From: Octopus sinensis
Lineage: Eukaryota
NCBI RefSeq assembly: GCF_006345805.1
Contig: NC_043001.1
Coordinates: 83,948,001 to 84,012,000 of the forward strand
Length of the DNA stretch: 64,000 nt
Direction of reading: 5' to 3'
Shown: positions 47,859 to 59,970 of the stretch, in pieces
Layout of the letters: every line of letters starts with the position of its first letter
Numbering within the stretch: the stretch's first letter is position 1
Program-made: the position numbers and the translations under genes
The notes under the pieces: generated by a model
What the model was told of the DNA's origin: nothing
Seen by the model: only the letters and a program-made list of their open reading frames with translations
The model's database searches: none

Positions 47859-50800
47859 ATAAATCATATATTAACAATAATGCTCAACATACGCTCAAAC
47901 CCTTCATGACAAATATAGTTGAAAGATTCTTCAAATGATTCCAGAATTTTCTCAAATTCATCCTTGTCCACACATGGTTTCAACTTTTCTTCCACACAAT
48001 CTTTGAAGTTGTAGATTATTCTGCAGAAGAAGAACACACAAATCAAAGAACGATAGTTACGATACTTTATCAAACAAAAATAAATAAGTTGTTACCTGTT
48101 CTAGAAAATGTGTTGAGTACAAAGAAAATTACATAATATAATATAATATAATATAATATAATATAATATAATATAATATAAAAGGATGAAATCCTTTCTG
48201 AGTTATATGGATCAAGCCATTGCAGGATTACACATTTTTGCTAGCTGGAGTAATGTGAAATGAAGTGTTTTGCTCAAGAACACAACGCATAACCCAGTCC
48301 AGGAATTGAAGCCACTATCTTATGATCATGAGTCCAACACCTTAACCACTTAGCCACATGCCTCCACTACATAATATGATGGTGATGGGCTCTCCTGTCG
48401 AAGATGATGTAATAGTGTTCAGCTTTTGCTGAATGACCCGCATAAATGATTTGTTTATAGTGATCAAATTGTATGTACAGTACATTAGCTTACCCACTTC
48501 CTCAAATCTATGTTGTCTGAACAGGTGCACTGTGCACTACACATCAGGTGTCAAAGTGATAGCAACAGCAGCAGCAGTGGAGGTACAATGGCCCAGTGGT
48601 TAGGGCAGCGGACTCGTGGTCGTAAGAGCACGGTTTCGATTCCCAGACCAGGCATTGTGAGTGTTTACTGAGCAAAAACACCTCAGCTCCACAAGACTCC
48701 ACAGGCGTGAACCCCGCTGTACTCTTTCACCACAACTTTCTCTCACTCTTTCTTCCTACTTCTGCCACAAAGTAGAGGAACCATAATGTAACCGACTGTG
48801 GTGTGGTAAACTTTCAGACCCTAGTCTAGATTGCGAATCCTCTGTACCTTAGGATGGTTCAGCTCTCCACCCGTTAAAAGCCGCCGTTTACGGAATGAGG
48901 ATAACAACGTAGCTTTCGAGCCCGTGCAACCGCCAGTCTATCACGTGTGGTGGATGGATCTTCAAGTTGCCACATGCTTTCTTAGTAGCTTAGAGTAGGC
49001 TTGAATTAGAGATTATTCTTTGTGGATAATGGTGTGAGTCCTGATTGGAAGAAGAAGAAGAAGAAGAAGAAGAAGAAGAAGAAGAAGAAGAAGAAGAAGA
49101 AGAAGAAGAAGAAGAAGAAGAAGAATAATGAAGAAGAAGAAGAAGAAGAAGAAGAAGAAGAAAGAAGAAGAAGAAGAAGAAGAAGACTGTCCAATCCAGA
49201 TTGGCACCACCCATAGCCGCAACCTCCGCGGCAATGAACTCACAGATATGCAGGTGAAACGTAGCTCGGCGCTGCCACAACTGGATGCCACCATCGATAC
49301 AGCCATTCGTCAGGCAGTTATTCATCGAATGTTCCAACCATCAACAATTCAACACCCACGTCTGAAGGAAGTCTTCATGAAGAAGCCAGATGAAAGAACT
49401 GAAGCAGCCCTCTCAAAGGCAGACTTCACAGACATGATACGCTTCCATAGTGGTCATCATCCGGCACTCAGGCGGTGGCAAAAGATGGCAGGACGCAGCG
49501 ACACAGATCAATGCAGACTCTGTAACAAGGAGGTGGAATCTGCAGGACATCTCTGGCTGAGATGTCCGGCTTTGATGGTGGAACGCTATATCCGCCAACT
49601 AGGGGCTACACTGGATGAAATGATTCATCTCCCTACCGTGGATCTAGCCCTTCTGAAAGTTATCCTCAGGCACTTGAGGTGTCCAAGAAGAAAAAAAAAA
49701 AAAAAGAACAGCAGCAGCACTGCCATTGCTCTCATTTTATTGTTCATTTTTCCATGCTATTACCTGAATGTTTTGTAAGGTAATGAGAGGACAACATGCA
49801 ACAGCCATGACTTTTACTCAGTCAAACACAATCATGATCATTATGATGAGTCCAACACCTTAACCACTTAACCACATTACCCCCTCTACATAATATAAAT
49901 GATGACGGGCTCTCCTACCAAAGATGATGTATGAGTGTTCAGCTTTTACTAAACGACCAGAACAAATGATTTGTTTATAGTGATCAAATGTATGTGCCAC
50001 ACAATAGCTCACTCTATCAAGTTACCTTTGCCTGGACAGGTGCACAGTGTGCCATACATCAGGTGTTGAAGTAATTGCAGAACAACATGAGGTGAAATGT
50101 TTTGCTCAAGAACACAATGCACCATCTGGCTTGGGAATTGAAACCAGGATCTCATGATCATGAATACTGCATTCTAACCACTAGGCCATGCACCCTTCAT
50201 CATCATCATCATCATTTAACGTCCCTTTTCCGTGCTAGCACAGGTTGGACAGTTCGACCAGGGTCTGGGAAGTCAGGAGGCTGCACCAGGCTCCAGTCTG
50301 TTCTGGCAGTGTTTCTACCGCTGGATACCCTTCCTAACGCCAACCTCTCCGTTTAGTAGGAGGTTGGCAGTGGCCATGATTGGTTGGTGCTTTTTACGTG
50401 CCACCAGCACAGAAGCCAGTCAAGGCAGTGCCGGCAAGTCAAATAATATAGAGTATATAAAAGAATAAATTATATACATATATAACCTATGTAGTAGGTT
50501 ACCGCCCTTGTAGCTGGTGAACTGGTGAACATATAAACTTACCTGTTTATATGTTCAAAATTTACCAGATGATGGTAGGGTTTTGTCATGATGTAATCTA
50601 AGAAAGCATCAATAAACAATACTGCTGAAACAGCTGTTGTGAATTTTGGACCCCACCTATGTTCTCCTCTATGAAGGCACACAGCTTAGTGGTTAGGGTA
50701 TTCGGCTCATAATCGTAAGGTTGTGAGTTCAAAAACCAGTGGTGTGTTGTGTCCTTAAGTAAGACACTTTATTTTAGTTCACTCAGCTGGTAAAAGTGAG

Positions 50801-52790
50801 AAATACTTGTAATTCAAAAGGGCCAGCCTTGTCACACTCTGTGTCATGCTGAATCTCTCAGAGACCTGCGTAAATGGTACATGTGCTTGTAGATTGTTCA
50901 GCCACTTGCACATTAATTTCACGAGCAGTCTGTTCCATTGTTTAGATCAACAGGAACCCTTGTTGTTGCAACTGATGGAGTGCCAGAGAAAATTTACCTT
51001 ATTTCTCTGGAGTTTGAAAAAAAAAATTATGAACAGCCTTAATTAATTTTCTAATCTTACTGGTTTCCCATCAGAGGTGTCTACATCATTGTGATCAATC
51101 CCAGAGAAATAAACAACCAATCTGTTTATAGACTGAACAATTACAGTAGCAACAGAGAACTGGAGTTACTAATTTGCAAACCCCATGTATTCAATGCTTC
51201 ATTTGATATCAACAGTGTGTTAACAGGGAGCTCAGTCCTCACAGTATCAAGGTATGATATAAATGATTTTGGCTGATGCCAGTGCTGCTTGGTTGGCACC
51301 CGTACTGGTGGCACATAACAAGCACCATTCAAGCATGAGTTGATGCCAGTGCTGCCTCACTGGCTTCCCGTGCCGGTAGCATGTAAAAAGCTCCATCCGA
51401 ATGTGGTCGATCCAGTGACCCCTGAATGGCTCCTGTACCAGTGGCACATAAAAAGCACCATCTAAATGTGGTCAATGTTTTCAATTTAACCATACTAATA
51501 AACTCCCTATTTCTAGATCATTTTAAATACAAACCTTTGACTCTACAACATTGTATATAAATTCCCTACTGGGAATGACCAAGTTTAAAAATCTGCTGGA
51601 TCTCACTCATAAGGGAATCTTACATTGCTTATAAACTCTATATTTGGAAGGACGGCGAGCTGGCAGAAACGGTAGCACGCTGGGCGAAATGCAAAGCCAT
51701 ATTTCGTCTGCTGTTATGTTCCGAGTTCAAATTACGCCGAGGTTGACTTTGCCTTTCATCCTTTCGGGGTCGATAAATTAAGTACCAGTTATGCACTGGG
51801 GTCGATGGAATCGACTTAATCCCTTTGTCTGTCCTTGTTTGTCTCCTCTGTGTTTAGCCCCTTATGGGTAGTAAAGAAATATATATTTGGAAGGACTCAT
51901 ATTAAACTCTGTTGGACTTTTGGATTTTATTCAAAGGATATTGGAATATTGCATGTATACCATTATGCCTAAAAATGTATTTACAACTTCAATACCCATA
52001 CATATCTTGCATCTATTTTCTTTCCTCCACCTCACTCTCTATTTTGTATCACATCTAAACTAACTATGACTTAATTTTCCTCTCACACCGTCTCTGATGA
52101 AGGGATATTATTAATTAATATCCTAGAAACAGCTGTAAGAGACCTTCAGTCTATAAATGCTTTAATATCTATACAGCCTTGGTTTTTTTATCTTATTACA
52201 TAAAAAATTCTTATAAATATATATGTGACTGGGTTCTTTCAGTTTCCAACTAGCGAATCCAAGCATAAGGCTTTGGTTGGCCCAAGGCTATAGTAAAAGA
52301 CACTTGCCCAAGGTGCCATGCAGTGGGACTGACCCTAGAACCATTTGGTTGGTAAGCAAGCTACCTACCACACAGCCACTCCTGCACTTATATCTATTGA
52401 TTAAATAAATTTTTGTAAGGGTAGATTGAGCTTCTTAGTAGCAGTAAAAGCAGTCAATTTTATGATGAGGAAAACTCTAAAATTAATAAGAGAGTAAAAG
52501 AGACAGGCTCACAATCACAATTATTAACTTGATACTCTAATAACTGGAAAGAGTTAATTATGATGTTTTGGACATTGTCCATCTGCTGAATAAAATGGGA
52601 AGAGAGGAAGGGAAAAAGAGGTAAAAATAGAAAGGAAAAGTCTAGAGAAAATAGATTTTGGTGAAAAATGTACACAGTTGTTGGTTAGCTCACATGGCAT
52701 ATGTATGTTTATGTATATGCATGTGTGTATCTGTGCATATCTATATGTGTAGCTCTGTGTGTGTGTGTGTGTATTTACGTACGAAGAGTA

Positions 52791-52828
<38 letters not shown>

Positions 52829-53023
52829 ACTGGTGAGAAAGACAAACAGACAGATAGACAAAGCAATTAGATACATACTGGCAAAGTTCCTTCATCTGAC
52901 TACGTGATAGGTTATTGATCTCTGTCCGAAGTAAATCATTAGGATTCATCGAGAATGTAATAGAATCTGTGAGGCAGCTTTGCAAAGTTTCTTCAATGGT
53001 TGAATAGCAGAAAGCATCACAAC
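39887..53023 (-). CDS. Uncharacterised type-I membrane protein: two Cys-rich helical repeats, TM helix, PPxY tail; 5'-incomplete. Exons: 53023-52879, 48020-47893, 44384-44243, 43437-43295, 40338-39887
   Basis: GT-AG sites with phases 1-2-1-2-1; 1010 nt = 2 + 336 codons ending TAA. TM helix LIGLGISIALVLAIVVLVIG followed by RCLRR; tail motifs PPQY and PPSYEQV. Confidence 0.82.
43295..43437 (-). CDS. Membrane-protein exon (repeat 2b)
   Basis: ATTTCAG|...|GTAAGT; YLEESLECAETVAQKLCG...FLRC. Confidence 0.82.
44243..44384 (-). CDS. Membrane-protein exon (repeat 2a)
   Basis: CATTTCAG|...|GTAAGT; LMKIKPCTSSANFKEHMSQC...MKVC. Confidence 0.8.
47331..47857. repeat. Degenerate (GAT/GGT)n trinucleotide tract
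   Basis: Low-complexity sequence; similar tracts at 45030-45125 and 60130-60455. Confidence 0.85.
47893..48020 (-). CDS. Membrane-protein exon (repeat 1b)
   Basis: TTCTGCAG|...|GTATGT; IIYNFKDCVEEKLKPC...FNYICHEGFE. Confidence 0.82.
48577..49186 (+). mobile_element. SINE (family C head, distinct body) ending in a long (GAA)n tail
   Basis: The body matches 24700-24975, where the tail is only GAAGAAAA. Confidence 0.8.
49187..49705 (+). mobile_element. I/Ingi-group LINE 3' fragment (RNase H end and CCHC finger)
   Basis: HSRNLRGNELTD (compare H.GI.GNE.AD); CRLCNKEVESAGHLWLRCPAL; ends in GAAGAAAAAAA. Confidence 0.72.
51480..52215 (+). mobile_element. Deleted Penelope-like remnant with terminal hammerhead-like motif, split by a SINE
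   Basis: TFDSTTLY resembles PLE RT TFDFSTLY. SINE A at 51653-51881 has a 14-bp TSD TATATTTGGAAGGA (51639-51652 and 51882-51895). Confidence 0.55.
52090..52144 (+). ncRNA. Putative minimal type-I hammerhead ribozyme
   Basis: TCT-CTGATGA-A-[GGGATATTA/TAATATCCT stem II]-A-GAAA-C-AGCT-GTA^AGA; palindromic stem III ACAGCTGT. Confidence 0.6.
52879..53023 (-). CDS. Membrane-protein exon (repeat 1a)
   Basis: TTTCCAG|...|GTATGT; CDAFCYSTIEETLQSCL...SQMKELC. Confidence 0.8.
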
Positions 53024-53859
53024 CTGGAAATACACAAAAAAAGAAAAAACAAAATAGATGTTACAAGTTCACATGACATTGAAAAACGTTTATTTCTTTA
53101 TTTGCCCACAAGGGGCTAAACATAGAGGGGACAAACAAGGACAAAGGGATTAAGTCGATTACATCGACCCCAGTGCATAACTGGTACTTAATTTATCGAC
53201 CCCGAAAGGATGAAACGCAAAGTCTACCTCGGCGGAATTTGAACTCAGAACATAACGGCAGACAAAATACCTATTTCTTTACTACCCGCAAGGGGCTAAA
53301 CACAGAGAGGACAAACAAGGACAGACAAAGGGATTAAGTTGATTACGTCGACCCTAGTGCATAATTGGTACTTAATTTATCAACCCCGAAAGGATGAAAG
53401 GCAAAGTTGACCCCAGTAGAATTTGAACTCAGAACGTAACAGCAGACGAAATACCACTAAGCATTTCGTCCAGCGTACTACGGTTTCTGCCAGCTCCCCG
53501 CCTTTATGTATATTGAAAAACATTGAAGTGCAGTATGAGACATTTTGGCATAGAAGTTTTAGCGCTACCTATTTGGTATCACCGATTCAATACATGACTT
53601 ATTTGACGCCGGACATTTTAATGCTTTTTGTCATTTTCAACATAAAAAACATGGATAATATCTGGCTGGTTCAAATGGTAAAGAGCTAAAATATAAAGCG
53701 ATTATGATACTGAGAAATATTTTTTTCTAAATTTCAATTTTTTTCCCCTAAATTTTCATTCCTGCTTGCTTATGTTAATTTGATCATTTTTGATCTTCAG
53801 TTTGTAATCATGCAACAAAAAGAACATCCATCTCTCTTGAACTTTAAAAAAGCTCATAC

Positions 53860-54100
53860 TCTCTGGATCTGAGGACAGCCATGTCCTGCTTTGCCGAATT
53901 TCTTTCCAATGACTTGCCCAGTGACAAATAAAAAGTATATTAGTCACATCATGGATTATGCCAGTTCTACCTGGATTCCAGTCTATTTTACCTCTAACAA
54001 ACCCCACCAACCAGTAAGAACACAACGCTGCACATGTATCATCTCAGGGCTGCCTACAGACCACCTGTACTATGAATCAATGAAAGAGGGCCAGTTCTAA
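53860..54100 (+). mobile_element. Decayed non-LTR RT C-terminal fragment
   Basis: HIMDYASSTWIP...RCTCIISGLP..HLYYE resembles LINE thumb motifs (YAS..W...R.ITG). Confidence 0.5.
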
Positions 54101-54269
54101 GTTCAAATCATATATATATGTATGCATGTATATATATATATATATATATGTACACTTAAACACAAAAAAGAGGTGAGCCATAACAGATTGCCTTACATGC
54201 TAGAAGGACGTTTTGACTGTTCCTTCTAGCATGTAAGGTGATCTGTTAAGGCTCACCTCTTTTTGTGTT

Positions 54270-54323
<54 letters not shown>

Positions 54324-54363
54324 TGAAACTCAAAAGAGGTATAATTTTCCATCCTTCTTTGTA

Positions 54364-54399
<36 letters not shown>

Positions 54400-54724
54400 A
54401 TGTATGTATGTATACGTATATATATGTATACACACACACACACACACATATATATATTGATGTAGGAAATTTGTAAGTCATGCCAATGCAGACACAAAAG
54501 TATAGTGCAGGCTTCTGTTTGACCAGTTCTCGCCAAACCATCCAGCCCATGCTAGCATGGAAGGAGCTTAAACGATGATGATGATTATATATATATATAT
54601 ATATCAAATTAAATAAATACACAACCAAATGAGCTACTAATAGCTTCATGTTTTTATGATACTTGAACAAGCATATTTGTAAAATACACCCTGCATCTTC
54701 AAGCAATCTTTCAGGCTCTATTTA

Positions 54725-55121
54725 TCTTTATATATAAAAGTGAGGTTGTGTGCTGTCTGTCTCCTACGATTTAGATTCCTAACTACTCCCACATTTTGCG
54801 GTGCAGTTTAACCAAAACCGGGTATCTTATAGTCGTGATTCATATCGAGCCCTTCTGGGTATTAGCGCGCGTCTACGATGAGTCTACGATTTAAAAAAAA
54901 ATTTACCATCAATTTTTCCCATTTTTAATGCATTTTTGGCATATATAAGGGAAGTAACTCTCTAAAAATTTATTATTTAAATCTCAAAACGTAAAAAGCT
55001 ACAGTAACACCCCCCCTTTGTGGTTAGCCATATTGAGATGGCTATTATACTTTACATCTCTAAAAATGCTTATATAGTTATATCCCTTACAAACCCGAGC
55101 AATGCCGGGCGATACTGTTAG
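54725..55121 (+). mobile_element. Non-autonomous Helitron, about 400 bp
   Basis: A|TC 5' end (TCTTTATATATAAAA), subterminal hairpin CCCGAGCAATGCCGGG, TTAG|T 3' end (CTAG in the 5683 copy); no TSD. Confidence 0.8.
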
Positions 55122-55134
55122 TACATTATAAAAT

Positions 55135-58100
55135 TGTTATATAGTGAAACTGTACTTACTTCCCATTATAAAGTGGTAGGATCCAGCCATTATAAATAGA
55201 CCTGTAGCTGGTCAACAGAGAAAATCAAGAAGTTCGAAAGTATGTGTAGACTGTGCTGATAGTCATGTTTGTGTTGATATAGAATTATACTGTGGAGGAG
55301 CAATGGCCCAGTGGTTAGGGCAGCGGACTAGCGGTCATAGGATTGCAGTTTTGATTCCCAGACTGGGCATTGTGAGTGTTTATTGAGCAAAAACACCTAA
55401 AGCTCCACAAGGCTCCAGCAGGGGGTGGTGGTGATCCCTGCTGTATTCCTTTACCACAACTTTCTCTCACTCTTTCTTCCTGTTTCTGTTGTACCTGTAT
55501 TTCAAAGGGCCAGCTTTGTCGCACTTTGTGTCACACTGAATCTTCTCGAGAACTACGTTAAGGGTACACGTGTCTGTGGAGTGCTCAGCCACTTGCACGT
55601 TAATAAATGAGCTGCGACGTCACTGGTGCCAAGCTGTATTGGCCTTTGTCTTTCCCATGGCTAACCACATAGGGGAGGGGGTGTTACTGTAGCTTTATAG
55701 CCCCAAGAGATCGTTGTTGTGGCATGGAGAGGTATGCGTGGGCGACTGCTGGTCTTCCATAATCAACCTTGCTCAGACTTATGCCTCCGAGGGTAACTTT
55801 CTAGGTACAATCCCATGGTCATTCATGACTGAAGGGGGTCACAACAACAAGTAATTACACTGTGATACTGATTGGACGTTATAATGATCCAACCTTTTGA
55901 GAATAATAACAGAGTATGACTGGTGGGGGGGTGTACAGTGCCAGATGGAATCATTCTATCAATGACTTTGGAATATAACAATATCTGTCAGAGCAACAAT
56001 CATCATCAACGACTGATATAACACTGGTAAAAGGCCATCTCATAATAGTGGCAATAAGGAAAAACAAATTTACGCGGAGTGAAAAAAAGAACATTCACAC
56101 GGAAAGTTTAAACTAATTCATGTGGAAAATTAAATACTTTGGCAAAAAGAAACAAGAATCTTGTTGTGCAAACTGTGGAAAATCATTAAGTATGGAAGAC
56201 TTGTTAGCTAAGATAGTTTAGTTGCAGAAACAGCAACAATAACAACTCAAGGAACAATGAGAAGAACAACAAGGATTGCAGCAGCAAATAGTAAAACTAA
56301 TGAAGTTGATAACCAAACTGGAGAATACAGTTTCACCTGTCTATGTAGCAAATTCCATAAGTGAATTAAAATATGACCCTGAAGAAGGAGTAACCTTCAA
56401 GGCTTACTTTTGAAGATTTCAATAAATTTTTGAAAAAGAATATCAGGATTGGAAATGAAAACCTATCTAGTGTTAAGAAATCTAGTGACAGCAGAGCATG
56501 AGAAGTATAGTTACTACATATGGCCAAAAAAGTGTCTGACATAAATTTCACTGACACAGTTGACATTTTGTGCAAAATGTTTAGTGAAAAGAGCTCACTG
56601 CCTAATATCAGATGGAAATGTTTAAGCATAGAAAAGAGTGAAGATTTCACTACTTACACAGGCAGAGTCAACAAAGAATGTAAGAGATTTAGGTTAGATG
56701 TGTTTACTCCAGGTTCTTTCAAGTGCTTGAATTTTGCACAAGGATTGACAGATAGAAGTGATGCAGAAATCCGAACAAAAATTCTGTCAAAACTGGAAAT
56801 GAACCAGGATTTGACATTGCAGAAACTGTCTGAAGAGTGTGACAGGATATTAAAATTAAGGCATGACATGGAAGAAATTTAATGGAAAGAGTGTTTCTGC
56901 ATAAGACCAGTGCAAAAATGTTGGAAGACAAATAAAATGTTGCAGAAAAAACAGAAAAAAATCAGGTTGTAGACCCATGTATGGCATGTGGTGGAATGCA
57001 CCTGAAAAAAGATTGCCCATATAAAAAAGCAAAGTGTTTTCACTGTGGGTTTACAGAACATATAAAATTGCACTGCAAAACTAGAATGGTAGGAAAATGG
57101 AAAAATAAATAGTTTGGCAGCAGAAAAAGTTGTGACTACAAAAAACAGAAAATTTGTGAATGTGAAAACTGAAAATACGAGCGTCAGAATGCAATTAGAC
57201 GAGGGAAGTGATATCACAATCATAAATAAGAAAAACATGGGAACAAATGAATAAACCAAAAGTATGTAGTTCAAACAAAATAGCATATGGTGTTACAGGA
57301 GGAAAATTATATTTTACGGGCAAACGTGTTTGTAACATAATGTTCAAAGGTCAAACCAAAAAAAGTGAATGGTTATGTGTTGAAAAAATCCATGAATTTA
57401 TTTAGCACTGAATGTATGGAGAAATTTAATTTAAAGGATATACCCATAAGCGCTTTATGCAATAGTAGTCAAATGATTGAATGAGGTTGATGAACTGAAA
57501 CAAAAAAAGTGATGTGGAACATTGTGCGTGAACTACCAGTAACTTTGGAAGAAATAAAAAGAAATGCGAGAAATGGCAAATTTATTAATGAGATGAAAAG
57601 AAAATTGTGGTCGACAAAAGGAAATAAAAAAAAGGTCTGATGCAAAGAACTGCCAAGATATGAATGTGATGGTGTACTAATGTATGTTCAGAGGGTGGTC
57701 ATTTCACAGACATTACAGAAGAGAATGCTAAAAGAGCTTCATGTGGGATACCCAGGCATCTCTTGAATGAAAGCACTGATGCAAAGTTTAGTATACTGTC
57801 CAAGCATGGACAAGTGAGTTGAAAACCTAGTAAAAGGCTGCAGAAGATGTACACTGTCAGCAAAACTACCAACTACAAAATATGAACCTTGGCTGGAAGT
57901 GAAAATACCATGGTCCTAATTGCATATCGATTTTGCAGGCCCGGTAAATGGATATAGTTATTTAATAGTAGTGGACAGCTACACAAAATGGGTCTGAGGT
58001 CGCGAAGTGTAAATGACCAACCTCGTATACAGTAATAAACTTCTTACATGAGCTGTTCGCAAGATTTGATGTACCAGATATAATTGTCTCTGATAAAGGA

Positions 58101-59111
58101 ACACAATTTGTTTCCTGTGAGTTTAAAAGATTCTGCAAGATATTCATGTTAGAACATAAAACTATAGTACTGTATCTCCCTAGATTGAATGGAAGGCTCG
58201 AACGGTTCGTGGACACTTTTAAGAGAGCTTTAAAGAAAGCTAATAAGGAAGCCATGGACGAGGTTGTGATCCAACAATTCTTAAGGGTATACAGGGTAGC
58301 TCGAAACTCAAATGCACCAGAAGGAAGTTCACCAGCAGAATTAATGTTTGCTAGAAAGGTGAAGTCAGTATTTGATAAACTGCTACCAGTGAATAAAAAG
58401 ATACATGTTAGTAAAGACATACCAAAATTCTTTAGAATTGGTGACAAAAAACTGGCAAGCAATACTGGGAAGAAGGAGAAATTGTAACATACACAGGAGG
58501 AATGAGGTATGGTGTAAGAAGCAGAAATGGAATGGAAAGGAGACATAGAAATCAGCTTAAGGAAAGAGTTATAGAAAAGGAACCAACAAGAGTAGAAATA
58601 CCAATGGATTGGCTATGTGACACTTTTCAGGTTCCAACATCATTACAAGAAGTTGAAACCACGCATACAAGGAAAAGGAGAACACTGAATTCCTAAGAAG
58701 AATCCCTAAGAAGAAAATATATTGAGTATATAAAAAAAGGAGGTGGGGTGAATAAAAGGAATTGATTGTTAAATAAAATAATTAAAAGGAGAGATGTTGT
58801 ATAGTGAAACTATACACCCCTCCCAGTAAAAAGTGGCAGTGGCCAGCCATTATAAATAGACCAGTAGCCAGTCGACAAAAAGAATGTTGAAAAGGTTGAA
58901 AGTACGTGCAGGCTGTGTTGATAGTCATGTCTGTGCTGATATAGTAATTATATGATACTGAGTGAACGCTATAACGATCCAACCTTTTGAGGATATTAAC
59001 ACTGTATGACTGGTGGGGTCGTATAGTGCCAGATAGAATCATTCTATCAATGACTTCGGAATGTAACAATACCTGCCAGAGCAACAACTGTCATCATAGA
59101 CAGATACAACA
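55135..59111 (+). mobile_element. Decayed Gypsy (Mag-like) LTR retrotransposon lacking RT and RNase H
   Basis: TG...CA LTRs at 55135-56023 (SINEs inserted at about 55290-55840) and 58795-59111; PPT AAAAGGAGAGA. Gag ISELKYDPEEGVTF, knuckles CMACGGMHLKKDC and CFHCGFTEHIKLHC, protease MQLDEGSDITII, integrase HIDFAGP...VVDSYTK...VSDKGTQFVS..F...NGRLERFVDTFKRAL. Confidence 0.88.
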
Positions 59112-59131
59112 GTAGCAAAAGAAAGCTTTAC

Positions 59132-59287
59132 AGCGTGGCTGTGTGGTAAGTAGCTTGCTTACCAACCACATGGCTCCGGGTTAAGTCCCACGGCATGGCA
59201 CCTTGGGCAAGTGTGTTCTACTATAGCCTCGGCCCGACCAAAGCCTTGTGAGTGGATTTGGTAGATGGAAACTGAGAGAAGTCCTTC

Positions 59288-59339
<52 letters not shown>

Positions 59340-59580
59340 GTGTGTGTGTATATGTTTGCGTGTATGTGTCTGTTCCCCCAACATCGCTTGACAACCGATG
59401 CTGGTGTGTTTACGTCCCCATAACTTAGCGGTTCGGCAAAAGAGACCGATAGAAATAAGTACTAGGCTTACAAAGAGTAAGTCCTGAGGCCGATTTGCTC
59501 GACTGAAGGCGGTGCTCCAGCATGGCCGCAGTCACATGACTGAAACAAGTAAAAGAGAGTAAAAGAGAGAAAAGAGAGTA
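59132..59580 (+). mobile_element. SINE family B
   Basis: Head, (TA)n core and 3' body as in the other copies. Confidence 0.85.
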
Positions 59581-59929
59581 TATATATATATATATGTATA
59601 TGTATATGAGAGGTTTTCATACAGTTTCTGTGTACCAAATTCACTCACAAGGCTTTGGCTAATCCATGGTTATAACAGAAGACACTTGACCACTGCGATA
59701 TGCAGCAGCATCGAACCTGAAACCATTTGGCTTGGAAACCCTGAAAGCCCCATGCTTATCTTCTGCAGTGGTTGCTATCAGGTTCTAGAAGCATGCAGAA
59801 ATGGACAGAACTGTAGAAATGTAACCGATGGTGGTGCTGAGGAAGAAGACAAGTGTTGTATATTATGCATCAGGAGAGAACAAAAATATTGATGTTGAGG
59901 CTGATGAGGATGATGATGATGATGATGCT

Positions 59930-59970
<41 letters not shown>

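Noticed and set aside
47250-47877. His/Ile/Met/Ser-rich ORFs (also 44926-45384, 48990-49306 and 60079-60541)
   Set aside because: Trinucleotide tracts (GAT, CAC, GAA) are open in several frames on both strands and have no splice support.
50525-50645. Hairpin TGAACATATAAAC/GTTTATATGTTCA, a minus-strand GTAAG donor and a GAAACAGCTGT motif
   Set aside because: The possible exon has an in-frame stop and the hammerhead core is too degenerate (no CTGANGA); probably an old PLE end.
59686-59892. Cys-rich 68-aa ORF (CSGC...CRN..CRN..CCILC)
   Set aside because: It begins inside a SINE remnant, has no recognisable motif and no convincing splice sites.
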